A stretch of 64,000 nt of DNA from Chrysemys picta bellii (GCF_011386835.1 NC_088792.1:233740001-233804000), one strand, 5' to 3'; counted from the first letter of the stretch, positions 1 to 11,593 are shown. A program made the numbers and translations. Notes: generated by a model not told the origin, from the sequence alone.

Positions 1-1
1 G

Positions 2-258
2 GTGAGTAGTGGGCAGAGGGACCCACAGTAAATAACAAAGAGCAGAAAGCAAGCAAGGAAGGACAAAATAATGTGGCCGATGTATTGCTTTTCTGCAAAT
101 ACAGCACCCCAGTCTCTCTGGCCAATTTCATTGTTATTCAGGAAGTCAGACTAGATTATTAGAGTAGTTTCTTCTGACTGTAGAATCTATGACTCTCTAT
201 CTGAAAACCACACTAATGTATATGTCTGCCAACATTTTGCTCCAATTGCATTTGCTAG
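2..258 (+). other. Probable intron of an unidentified + strand gene
   Basis: Window opens G|GTGAGT (consensus donor). Branch-like CTAAT at 213-217, no AG between it and the acceptor TTTGCTAG|G at 258. Confidence 0.45.
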
Positions 259-414
259 GTACATATGGACAACATGAGAGGGACAGGATGTTGTGTAAAG
301 TGCCCTCTTCTGGTGTTAGGGAGAGGAAAGAGGAAGCATAAAAAGAAGAAGAGACAATGGATGTATAAAGGAGGACAAAACTGGAATACAGCCTTTAGTT
401 TTGCTGTGATTAAG
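259..414 (+). CDS. Candidate internal coding exon (52 aa, phase 0-0), protein not recognised
   Basis: Bounded by AG (257-258) and AAG|GTACAC. Only one of three frames is open: VHMDNMRGTGCCVKCPLLVLGRGKRKHKKKKRQWMYKGGQNWNTAFSFAVIK. No family recognised. Confidence 0.42.
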
Positions 415-1719
415 GTACACAAAAGTATGCTGCTTTTTACATAGTATTTAATCCTTTGGGCCACCACCAGAAACAATAATTCTTTTGTTTGACTGGAAAG
501 GCTGCTATTTTCAGCTGCCAAAAATCTTTGCCTTTCTTTTTAAAATACCCGAAGCACTGAAAAGAGTAAATGTTCTGGTTTGCTTTAAAGTTTATGGTGG
601 AGGCTATGGAAGGACTCAGGGAGTTTATAAGCTAAAGTGGCCCTTATTTTCTGTGTATAAAATTATAATAAATGTCCATAATAGTATTTGCCTCCCTTTT
701 TCTTCTTAATAAAACTATAACATTCTTATTTCAAAAAATGAACTCAGAGTATCAGACGTCTAATGGAAAGCTTTTAAAAACACATTATGGGCTAAATTCT
801 GGCTAGCTGTGTAATATGTGCACACCATAAAAAACAGCACAAAAATCCACTCTACAGCTGTTACATACGATGGGAGAAGCTGAATCTATTGTGTCCCCTC
901 TGAAAAGTCGAAAACAGAGCTTTTCACAGATCCTCCATTAAACAGAATGTAACATGGAAAAATATAACTGAAGATCTGCAAGCCATCAGGGTAATGGTTT
1001 GCAGGGCTATGCATATATTGACACCTGCCCCAAGTCATGGTCCCTGAGCACGTCTATGCATTTTAGCTCTCAATCCTACAAAGTTCACTGGGTATTGCAG
1101 ATTTTTACCAGTCCTTCTGAGGTTGTTCAGATGGACTTTTCACAGGACTCCTTTCAGTCAGGATGCAGAATCACTTTCCTATTTACATGTGTATCTGTGT
1201 AGCAGTGGATTGGGAATAGAGGGTATATGTCAATATCTATAGATATGCCAGAACTTGAGTAGCTTTGTCAATATATGTATCATGTTTTCCAGTAATTATC
1301 TTCATTTTAAAGAAAAATTAAGATCAGCCATACTGGGTCAGCCTAATAGGCCATCTAAAGTAGTATCCTGTCTTCTGAGAGTGGCCAATGCTAGATGCTT
1401 CAGAGGGAATGAACAAAACAAGGCAATTTCAAATGATTTATCCCTTGTTATAAAGTCCCAACTTCTGGCAGTTGGCGGTATTAGGAATACCTGGACCATG
1501 GGGTTGCGTCCCTGACCATCTTGGCTAATAGTCAATGATGGACCTATCCTCCATGAACTTATCTAGTTCTTTTTTTATTACCTTTGGTCTTCACAACATC
1601 CCCTGGCAATGAGTTCCACAGGTTGACTGTGTATCATGTGAAAAAGTACTTCCTTTTGTTTGTTTAAAATATGCTGCCTATTAATTTCATTGTGTGACTT
1701 CTAGTTCTTGTGTTATGTG

Positions 1720-2445
1720 TAAGGCTACATTTTAGTCACAGGTATTTTTAGTAAAAGTCACGGACAGGTCATGGGCAGTAAACAAAAATTCACGGCCCGT
1801 TACCTGTCCTGACTTTTACTATATATCCCTCACTAAAACTTGGGAGGGGGGCGGCTCAGAGGGATGGCCCAAGGGATACCGTGGGTACTCGGGATGGGTG
1901 TGGCCTGGGGAACGCCGGGGGGTGCTCGGAGGGGAGCCTGACCCAGGGGGGGTGCCATGGGTGCTCTGGTGGGGACGTGGCCCAGGGGATTGCCGCAGGT
2001 GCTGGGGAAGGAGGGTTGGCAGGGCTGGGGCAGACTCCCTATCCAGACTCCCTATCCAGCTCCATGTGCTGCCTCCGCTCCACCCCAAGCCCTGGTTCTG
2101 CAGCTCCCATTGGCTGGGAACCACGGCCAATGGGAGCTGCAGCGGTGGTGCCTGTGGGCACCGTGGATCTGGGCAGCACGTGGATCTGGGAATTGAGGGA
2201 GGGGAGTTCCTGTCATCCTTCTGGGGAAACCCCCCCAGGTAAGTACTGCCCCACACCCCAACCCCCAGCTCTGAGCCCAAGCTCCTGTTGCTGGGGGATG
2301 GGGATAGGAGCGAGACTGCCCCAGCAGCAGCTGGTGCGACTGGCCCAGGGGCTGCCTGAGCTGCTCGGGTGGCCCCCGGGCCAGGCACACCAGCTGCTGC
2401 AGAAGTCAAGGAATTCGTGACCTCTGTAACAAACATGGAGCCTTA
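1720..2445. mobile_element. Non-autonomous hAT element (MITE), 726 bp
   Basis: TIRs TAAGGCTACAT / ATGGAGCCTTA. Perfect 8-bp TSD GTTATGTG (1712-1719, 2446-2453). CR1 sequence resumes after the TSD. Confidence 0.9.
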
Positions 2446-3842
2446 GTTATGTGAAGGGCTAAATAATCTCTATCAAAGTCCCCCTTAGTTGTCTCTTTTC
2501 TAAACTGAACAGTCCCAGTCTTTTTAATTTCTTCTTGTATGGAAGTTGTACCATACCCCCTAATCATTTTGTTGCCCTTCTCTGTACCTTTTCCAATTCT
2601 AATATATATATTTTTTGAGATGGGTGACCAGAACTGCTTGCAGTATTCCAGATGTGGGTGTACCATGGATTTATATATGGCATTATGATATTTTCTGTCT
2701 TATTATCTATCCCTTTCCTAATGGTTCCTAACAGTCTATTAGCTTTTCTGAGTGCTGCTACACAGTGAATGGATATTTTCAGAGAAGTATCCACAATGAC
2801 TCCAAGATCTCTTTCTTGAGTGGTAACAGCTAATTTAGACCCCATCATTTTATATGTATAGTTGGGATTATTTTTTTTGAACATGCAGTACCCTGTGTTT
2901 ATCAGCATTGAATTTCATACGTCAATTTGTTGCCCAGTCACCCAGTTTAGTGAGATCCCTTTGAAATTCTTCACATTCAGCTGTGGACCACTATCTTGTG
3001 TAATCTTGTATTGTTTGCTGGTTTTGCCCCCTCACTCTTCACCCCCTTTAACAGCTTGCTTATGAATATGTTGATCAGCACATGTCCCAGTACAGATCTT
3101 TTTGGGGACCTTGCTGTTTACCTCTGTCCAGTGTGAAAACTGACCATTTATTTCTACCCTTTGTTTCCTATCTATTAACCAGTTACTGATTCATGACTGA
3201 CCTTCCCTCTTATCCATGACTACGTACTTTGCTTAAGAGCCTTTGTTGAGGGACCTTGTCAAAGGATTTCTGAAAGTCCAAGTACATTATATCCACTGGA
3301 TCACTCTTGTCCACATGCTTGCTGAGTCCCTAAAATAATTCTAATAGATTGGTGAGGCATGATTTCCTTTTACAAAATCTGACTCTTCCCCAACAAATCA
3401 TGTTCATTGATGTGTCTGATAAGTTTGTTCTTTACTATAGTTTCAGCTAGGGCTGTCGATTAATCACAGTTAACTCATGCAATTAATACAACAAAATTAA
3501 TAGTGATTAAAAAATTTATCACGATTAATAACAGTTTTATTCGCACTGTTAAAGAATAGAATACCAATTGAAATGTATTAAATATTTTGATGTTTTTCTA
3601 CATTTTCATATATATTCTATTCTGTGTTGTAATTGAAATCAAAGAGTATATTATTTTTGATTATCATTTTTACAGTGCAAATATTTGTAAACAAAAGAAT
3701 TAGTATTTTTCAATTCACCTCATATAAGTAATGTAGTGCAATCTTTGCCATGAAAGTTCAACTTACAAATGTAGATTTTTTTCATAACTGCACTGAAAAA
3801 CAAAACAATGTAAAACTTCAGAGCCTACAAGTCCACTCAGTC

Positions 3843-4060
3843 CTACTCTTTATTCAACCAATCACTCAGACAAACAAGTTTGTTTACATTTACAGGAGAT
3901 AATGCTGTCCTCTTCTTATTTACAATGTCACCAGAAAGTGAAAACAGGCATTTGCATGGCACTTTTGTAGCTGGCATTGCAAGGTATTTATATGTCAGAT
4001 ATGCTATTTGTATGCCCCTTCATGCTTCGGCCACCATTCCAGAGGACATGCTTCCATGTT
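3843..4060 (-). pseudogene. hAT transposase C-terminal dimerisation-domain remnant (inverted copy)
   Basis: Minus strand reads CPLEWWPKHEG...YKYLAMPATKVPCKCLFSLSGDIVNKKRTALSPVNVNKLVCLSDWLNK, with a frameshift. Confidence 0.8.
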
Positions 4061-4276
4061 GATGACGCTTGTTAAAAAAATAATACATTAATTAAATTTG
4101 TGACTGAACTCCTTGGGGGAGAATAGTGTGTTCCCTGCTCAGTTTTACCCACATTCTGCCTTATATTTCATATTATAGCAGTCTCGGATGATGACCCAGC
4201 ACATGTTGTTCATTTTAAGAACACTTTCACAGCAGATTTCACAAAATGCAAAGAAGGTACCAATGTGAGATTTCTA

Positions 4277-4516
4277 AAGATAGCTACAGCACTCGACCCA
4301 AGGTTTAAGAATCAGGAATAGTGGTTGAAGCATGAAGGGACATATGAATCTTTAGTGCATCTGGCACATAAATATCTTGCGACTGCGGCTACAACAGTGC
4401 CATGGGAATGCCTGTTCTCACTTTCAGGTGACATTGTAAGCAAGAAGTGGGCAGCATTATCTTCTGTAAATGTAAACAAACTTGTTTGTCTGAGCGATTG
4501 GCTGAACAAGAAGTAG
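4277..4516 (+). pseudogene. hAT transposase remnant (ATALDPRFK motif fused to dimerisation domain)
   Basis: KIATALDPRFKN at 4277, then KHEGTYESLVHLAHKYLATAATTVPWECLFSLSGDIVSKKWAALSSVNVNKLVCLSDWLNKK, matching the hAT AT..ER.FS..G motif in degenerate form. Confidence 0.82.
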
Positions 4517-5288
4517 GATTGAGTGGACTTGCAGGCTCTAAAATTTTACATTGTTTTATTTTTGAATGCAGTTTTTTTGCACATAATTTTACATTTGCAA
4601 GTTCAACTTTCTTGATAAAGAGATTGCACTACAGTACTTGTATTAGGTGAATTGAAAAATATTATTTCTTCTCATTTTTTACAATGCAAATACTTGTAAT
4701 AAAAAATAAATATAAAGTGAGCACTGTACACTTTGTATTCTGTATTGTAATTGAAATCAATATATTTGAAAATGTAGAAAACATCCAAAAATATTTAAAT
4801 AAATGGTATTTTATTATTGTTTAACAGTGCAATTAATCATTATTTCTTTTTTTAATTGCATAATTAATCACGATTAATTTTTTTAATCGCTTGACAGCCC
4901 TAGTTTCAACCAGTTTGCCTGCTACTGAAGTTAGGCTTATTAGCGTGTAATTGCCAGGATCACCACTGGAGACTTTTAAAAAATTCAGCATTACATTAAC
5001 TACCCTCCAGTCAACCCTCCAGTTGGCATTTTTGATCCTCTTACTGCTTTTTTCTATTTGGGGTATACATTTAGCTTGAACCTCTGTGATGGTGTTTTTA
5101 AATAGTCTCCATGCAGTTTGTAGGCATTTCAGCCTCTGTGATTGTTCCTTATTTCTGTTTACCTAGCTTCCTCATTTTTGTGTAGTTCCCCTTTTTGAAG
5201 TTAAATGCTACAGTGGTGGGTTTCTTTGGCATTTTTCTCCCTACAAGGACGTTACATTTAATTGCATTATGGTCGCTATTACTAAGCA

Positions 5289-5457
5289 AAAACAACGAGG
5301 AGTCCTTATGGCACCTTAGAGACTAACAAATTTATTTAGGAATAAGCTTTCGTAGGCTAGAAGCTTATGCACAAATAAATTTGTTAGTCTCTAAGGTGCT
5401 CCAAGGACTCCTTGTTGTTTTTGCTGATACAGACTAACACAGCTACCACTCTGAAAC
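5289..5457. mobile_element. Penelope-like element terminal (pLTR) remnant, head-to-head palindrome
   Basis: 13-bp direct repeat CTATTACTAAGCA at 5276-5288 and 5458-5470. About 60-bp inverted arms sharing a perfect GCACCTTAGAGACTAACAAATTTATTT. Family assignment recalled from turtle PLE ends, not searched. Confidence 0.72.
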
Positions 5458-6306
5458 CTATTACTAAGCAGTTCAGCTGTATTCACCTCTTTGACCAGAT
5501 CCTGCGCACCACTTAGGACTAAACCAAGAATTGCCTCTCCTCTTGTGGGTTCCAGGACAAGCTTCTCTAAGAAGCCATCATTAATGGTGTCTAGAAATTT
5601 TATCTTTGCATTCCTTCCTGAGGTGACATATACCCAGTCAATATGAGCATAACTCAAATCCCCCATTATTATTGCATTTTCTGCCTTTGTAACCTCTCTA
5701 ATTTCCATGAGCATTTCACAATCACCATCACCAGCCTGCTCAGGTGGTCGGTAGTATATTCCTACTGCCATACTCTCATTGTTCAAGTGTGGAATTTCTA
5801 TCCATAGAGATTCTATGGTGCAATTTGATCCATGTAAGATTTTTACTTATTTGACTCTATGCTTTCTTTCACATATAGTGCTAGTCCCCCACCAGTGTGA
5901 CCTACTCTGTCATTCCTATATATTTTGTAACCTGGTATTACTGTGTCCCATTGATTATCCTCATTCCACCAATTTTCTGCAATGCCTATTACATGAATAT
6001 CCTCATTCAATACCAGGCACTGTAGTTCACCCAACTTAGTATTTTGACATCTAGCATTTGTATATAAGCACTTGTATATTGTGTCACTGTTCAGTTGCTT
6101 GCCTTTATGAGTTGTAGTTAAATGGAACTCTTCTACTGCTGCTAGGGATATTTATAAAAAACAGAATATTGGTTTCTTAGAGTTCTGCTCAGCTGATCTC
6201 ATAATCCTCCACTTGTACAATGAGTCACATGTATGGAGTGAGGAGGACAGTGTCTGTGCTGCATGTTTCCCATGACTGATAGACATAGTAGAAACCCCTT
6301 GTCTTG

Positions 6307-6560
6307 GGCTATGTCTACACTACAGACCTTACAGTAACACAGTTGTAAGGTCTCCCATGTAGCCACTCTATGGCGGTGGGAGAAAGGTCTCCCGCAGGCA
6401 TAATTAAACCACCCCGAACTAGCAGCAGTAGCTATGTCGGTGGGAGAGTGTTATCCACAGCGGCACTTTTGGTGGTGAAACTTATGTCACTCGGGGGTGT
6501 GCGGTTTTTTTCACACCCTTGACAAGTTTTCCCGACAAAAGTGCTAGTGTAGACAAAGCC
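6307..6560. mobile_element. PIF/Harbinger-type MITE
   Basis: TIRs GGCTATGTCTACACTA / TAGTGTAGACAAAGCC. TSD not clean. Confidence 0.72.
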
Positions 6561-6649
6561 TTCGTAAAGGAGGAGCAGCCACTGAACCCGAAATGCTCCC
6601 CTATGGGCCAGGAGGATTTTGAATTGGAAATCTGATCATACATTTACAG

Positions 6650-6683
6650 CTGCTTGAATCAGGAGTAACTCGTCTTCCATACA
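6650..6683 (+). CDS. Candidate 34-nt exon (LLESGVTRLPY, phase 0-1)
   Basis: CATTTACAG| acceptor with CTGAT branch-like motif and ACA|GTAAGC donor. Only frame 0 is open and is phase-compatible with exon 259-414. Weak pyrimidine tract. Confidence 0.28.
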
Positions 6684-8210
6684 GTAAGCCCCCTGGGTTT
6701 TAGTCTAGTCACCATTCGGGGTGAGTTTTTTTATTGAGTTTTCCATGAAGTATAAGCCGTGTGACTGTATGTAAATTCATTTTTCTTTTTGATATTTTTT
6801 TGTTTTCCAGAAGCAAAAAACTGTCTGCCTCCCACATATCCCTTAGTAACATACAGGACTTTAAGAAAAAGAGTTATTTGATGAAGTGAAAACATTCCAA
6901 GTCCAACATGCAAATTTAATTACCAAGTTTATCCCGGGGACTGAGTTACTGCACTACAGAGACACAAGGTCTTCTATAAGTGTGTGTTCAGAAACGTAAT
7001 TAACCATGAAGGTGCTTTATAGTGAGGAATCCTGCTCTTTCATGGTGCTTTAACATCAAAACACCATGGTTTTTAAGTCTGGTGCTGCAGCCATACATTT
7101 CCATTGGCAAACATAAAGGAGTGTGATGTGTTCCTTAAAGAAATAAGTCAACCTGTTGGAAATCTATGCTGCTACATTCAAGATAAGAGAATGAGTGACA
7201 GTAGTTTGAACCAGGAGGCTGATCAAATGTACTCTAATTAGAAATGGGTTTCATTTTTGTAATAGAAGCAAGATGCTGAAATGCTTCATTATCTCAGCTT
7301 TGCTGAAAGTGTTTTAATCATTAGCATAAATTAGATGAACATAGGAAAAGCACTTGAAATATAATCGTTTCAATAAATGTGTTAAGGAAAGACATATTTG
7401 CAAATGAGTGTGTTAAGAAGCTTCATTGCCTCTTAGGGCCTCAGTTAAGGGCTCAGTTCTTCCATTCTTCCATTGATTAGTTTCATACTCAGCAAGTAGT
7501 CCCATTGATTGCAGTCTGTCTGCTTTTGGCACAAAGTACTAATCATTGTGAAGAAGAGTGACAGAATTAGGCATTAAGTAACCATATGAACAAAGAGCAC
7601 CATGCTAATTCATAATCCTGTGCAAAACCTCCATTAGAAGTTGGGAATTACCTTAGGTGCAGATCCTGCAATCTGAATTGCATGGACACACTTGCCCTGG
7701 TGTGTAGCTCTACTGAATTTAAATTGCAGAATCAAAGCATTTAGTCATATTTTGCAAGAATCATCATGATTTTGGACAAATCATGTACCAAATCCTAAAG
7801 TTGCTGCAAGAGCATGGGAGTTTCTGTTGAGTATTGACTATGTAGGATTGTTTGTATTGTATGAAGGTTTGGAGTGGACAAAAAAAAAAGTCCAATATGT
7901 GCCTGAAACATTGTAAAATCAGAAATGTAAACTACAAACATGGCAGAAGAAAACAAAGTAGATTTCTAATATCTTCATAAACCATAAACTATGTTGTAAA
8001 GTAAAATAAAATCCCTCTTACGGTGCCAAGTATTACTTGATGGTAATTTTTCATTACACTGAATCCAGTTGCATAAGCCACTGACTTTTGTCTGTAGCCG
8101 ACCACTGGTCTAGACAGACAATTCTTTTGAGATCCATTCTTTTTGATGGGTTTATCAGATTTCCATCCCCATTTGCCTCATTTGTAATTTCAATTCCTTC
8201 CTTTCTATAG

Positions 8211-8244
8211 TGCTTGTTGCTGCTGCTGCTATGTAGCTGCTGAG
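8211..8244 (+). other. Candidate 34-nt exon (coding status unclear)
   Basis: Long AG-free pyrimidine tract ending CCTTTCTATAG| and GAG|GTAGGT donor. Open only in phase 2 (ACCCCCYVAAE); the other frames stop. Confidence 0.28.
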
Positions 8245-9458
8245 GTAGGTCAACAGCACTAATTCTGTGGCAATAGGGACAGAAGATTGTTTAGTAGTGT
8301 TCTCTTTTCTTTTTGTCTTGTTTCAAGTGACCCCATCCTTTATTTATTCAGAGTTGGTAACTAACTGCTTTCATAGTAACTTTAAAGCCCATCGCACTCA
8401 CAATACTAAAGTATACACAATTGGCTGAGAGCAGAGAAAGTTAACACACTACACTGACTGAGTTAAGAAACCTCTTTAATAGTATGTATTCTCTGAACAT
8501 TACACATTAGTACAGTGTGGATACTGTGTATATAGTAAGTTCAATAGTGCATGATATGAAAAATGTTGACATAAGATTGCTAAAAAGAGCTTTAATAAAA
8601 CTGTTTTCTAACATGGTAATTTTTGTTTATTTTCTGAGTTCAGGAACACAGTGCTTTGGTAGTTCTGCATTCCCGGATGTGTAAGGTATTTAAAAATCAG
8701 TTCCAGAAAACCAAAGTAGTTCTAGCCAGGGTACCTCAAGGGCTATATTCTAGCCATACATTCAGTGTAAATAATGTAAGGCCATCAGTCACATTTTATA
8801 GTAAAAGAAGAAAAAGTAAATACAAGCTAATAAAATAATTATTATTAGTGGAAAATAACTGGTATACAGTAACAAATGTTTCTCTAGACATACCACTTAA
8901 CTCTAAAATATATATATACATACATATATGATGGCTACAAATGAGCTTGTGATTTTCTTCCAGAAGTATTTGAGCAGGAAGTAAAACATTTTCCCAGTGG
9001 ATGAAATAACATTCATTTTTGCCAATCTAAGCAAGGCAGATTTAAATTTTATGTGTGTCCAACTGCTTGTTCCCCCTCAGCTAATAACCTGCATGCTGGA
9101 AACCTTTCAAATGAAAGGGAGTTCACAGTTCCTAAGCCCAGCTCCGAATATATCTGCCATGCATGTAAACAAGTAAACCATTATGTTTCTTATTGAGATA
9201 AAGAATACAATGATAAGTGGGGATTTTTACAAAACAAAGGGCTTCCTATTGCGAGTGTGGATAATCTTCCAGAAAACCCTGTGTTTTGGCAAATCGCACC
9301 AGATTAATCTATTAAGCATCTCCTTTCATTATCAAATTTCCGCTGCCTATCACAGTGACTGCCTTATCGAGCACCCTTTTTTCAATAGCAGGCCCATTCC
9401 TAAGATTTCAGGTGCTAGCCTTCCCTGCTCAGAAAACAGGTGTCCCTACTGTTTTCAG

Positions 9459-9530
9459 GCAGGAAAGGTCCTTGCACAGAAGCCTGGGAAAGGGCAGGGG
9501 TATCAGCCACTGTTCTACCTGAAGGAACAG
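9459..9530 (+). CDS. Candidate 72-nt symmetric exon (AGKVLAQKPGKGQGYQPLFYLKEQ)
   Basis: TGTCCCTACTGTTTTCAG|G acceptor, CAG|GTAACA donor, open phase 0-0 frame. Protein not recognised. Confidence 0.33.
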
Positions 9531-10384
9531 GTAACAGGAAACTGTTGATTCAATGAATTGAACTTAATTGGCACACATTAGTCAGCAGTGTTTTTGTGAA
9601 TTAAAATTCCGTATAAAAATTCTGACTGACAAAAGCTTTAAAGGGAAAAAAAAATCTTTAAATCTCCTAACAATAGTAGCCATTATTGTGACTCTATTTT
9701 AAATACTGCATTCTGCCAAAGTGTCCCAGAAAATATGAGCTAGGATTTGAGGGCAACATGTCAAGCTTTACATGGTTATGTATAGTGGCTAAGCTGTTGG
9801 GCAAATTGCCTATATTCAGGAGGAAAAGGATTTCAAATCTCAACTAAAGGCTAATATTCCAAAGCAATTAGTATGATGGATCAGGTTTTCTAGCTCTCCG
9901 TGCCTTCACTTGCCAGGTTGTCTTTCTTGCCCAGAAATGAAACTGGGCATGTAGTTTCTGACCAGACCATTGATCTACTAGGCTGGGGTAGCCAGCTGGT
10001 CATCCAGCAATATAGGGATACAAAGCACATTGCTAAGCACAAAGCAGGGGATATGGAAAGTATCATCTTAAAAATGACAGAGAAATTTGTTTTGCAGTAG
10101 CCAGTAAACCCTTGTTCTTCTTATTTAACTTTCAGTGCTTATCTCTGCTTGTCAAGTCAGCATCAAACAGCTCTTGTCTTGGCGGGTGTTTCGATGCCTG
10201 TCTGCATTCACTGGCAGATAGACCTTCATTCTCTACTCTGAACTTCGTTCCTGAAAAATTAGCTGCGCATATTTTATTGTAATAAAGTAAAGGAATTCAG
10301 GAAGGCCACCTTAGTGACAACAGGAAGAGCCAGTCTGCTTTCAGCTCCCTAGTTTGACAGCAGGGCTGTTCTGAAACACAGAGA

Positions 10385-10451
10385 TGGGTTCCTGGTTATG
10401 CTTCGTGGGTAGGAAGCATTTGATAAGTGCATACCTTTGCTTCCGGTACTC
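10385..10451 (+). repeat. 67-bp unit duplicated at 11477-11543
   Basis: Ungapped manual alignment gives 59/67 identical. Confidence 0.85.
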
Positions 10452-11074
10452 TACAGCACAGGCTTTGTTTCATCTATAGATGATTAAATGGTCTACAGGG
10501 CAATTATGAACTGGAGGAAGGAACAGCCAACTCTCTCCAGGTTTCCTCAATCAGCATGATTGAATTTCTCAAAGGACGGCAGCAGTAGCAAATGCAGTCT
10601 CAGTGACTTTTCCTGGAAAATGTTCTCCAGCTTAGAAATGAGCTTTCGTTTAACTACTTGCTGTTTCATTTTATTATGTGCAAATTGTGGCTTAATAGAT
10701 TTACAGTCACTATAAACCTCTGAATTGTGAAAGCTATCAAAGTGGCCAGCTGGATTGAAAATGACCAATATGAAGCTGAAGAGGGTTCGAACGGTGCACT
10801 AAGAAATTCTGTATTATATTTTAATAAATTGGTGCACTGGACCAGCACTAGATTTAAAGAATCACTTTTGCACATACAAAATGTAAACACTTTGCATTTC
10901 TCTAAAGAAGTTTCTTATGCTAGCTCCCCTAGGAATTAGGGTAGATGGTGAAGATTTTCAAAGTTTTATCTACAAATGAAAAATTGGAAGGTATACCTTT
11001 TTATATAGGTTTAGAAAAATAGCTCCACTATATAATATTTACTAAATATCTAAAGATATAGGTTTACTCTATGT

Positions 11075-11285
11075 ATCTATTATACTGTGTTCAGTTCTGA
11101 GCACATCATTGCCAGAAAATTTAGACAAACTGGAGAGAGTTCAGAGAAAAACATCAACAGTAATTAAAGGGCAGGAGGGACTGACTTATGTGAAAAGATT
11201 AAAAGAACTAAATATGAATACTTTGGCTAAGTGATGACAGGAGCAGAGGGCATGATAGCTGACTACAAAAGTGTTTCTAAAGAAT
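11075..11285 (+). mobile_element. Old CR1 ORF2 C-terminal fragment
   Basis: TACTGTGTTCAGTTCTG...GACAAACTGGAGAGAGTTCAGAG...GAAAAGATTAAAAGAACTAAAT encodes YCVQF..DKLERVQR..RLKELN. Confidence 0.72.
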
Positions 11286-11440
11286 GAATTTGGACAAATT
11301 CTGCAATCGGCTACAGCAGTGCAAATCCAGGCTAACTCCATTTCAATCAACGGAGTTACTCTGGATTTGCACTGGTGTAATTGCGGGACATCCAAGCAAA
11401 AATAGGTGGGAGGGGGCACAGAGAGAAGAAAAGTTGCTTT

Positions 11441-11583
11441 GTTTACTTTGTTGATTTTTCATGGAACTGTAGTCCATGGGTTCCCTGTTATGCTTTGTGG
11501 GTAGGAAGCATTTGACAAGTGTATACATTTGCTTCCAGTATTCCAGGTTTAAGTTTACTTTGTTGATTTGTCATGGAACTATA
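11441..11583 (+). repeat. Second copy of the 67-bp unit bracketed by 31-bp direct repeats
   Basis: GTTTACTTTGTTGATTT(T/G)TCATGGAACT(G/A)TA at 11441-11471 and 11553-11583 (29/31 identical). Confidence 0.85.
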
Positions 11584-11593
11584 TTCTCCCTAG

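Larger units (their letters stand above)
3448..4902. mobile_element. hAT deletion derivative with long inverted arms, 1455 bp
   Basis: TIRs TAGGGCTGTC / GACAGCCCTA. 8-bp TSD GTTTCAGC (3440-3447) / GTTTCAAC (4903-4910). Contains hAT transposase C-terminal remnants on both strands. Confidence 0.92.
1310..6130 (-). mobile_element. CR1 LINE (ORF2 endonuclease to 3' end), decayed, internally deleted, with three nested insertions
   Basis: Minus-strand translations give CR1 ORF2 motifs: KCLYTNAR start (about 6045-6070), APE endonuclease (IGIAENWW, GGGLALYVK, YYRPP, IIMGDL), RT (YLDFQKSFDKVP near 3250-3290) and C-terminus (ERDLGVIVD, HLEYC.QFWSP, LEKVQRRATK). Typical CR1 3' tail at 1310-1720. Outer boundaries approximate. 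Confidence 0.92.

Noticed and set aside
259-414. Resemblance of KGGQNWNTAFSFAVIKLL to the VWA helix of calcium-channel alpha2-delta subunits
   Set aside because: Only a few residues match and no MIDAS or flanking motifs are present. Insufficient to name a gene.
1819-2436. Overlapping 80-205 aa ORFs on both strands
   Set aside because: They lie within a GC-rich MITE with TIRs and TSD. Stop-poor composition explains them, and the peptides are low-complexity P/G/S.
10132-10250. Possible minus-strand terminal exon GTKFRVENEG...SRDKH-stop
   Set aside because: The acceptor has a competing AG just upstream, and the same bases carry an equally good + strand acceptor at 10135. Strand cannot be decided.
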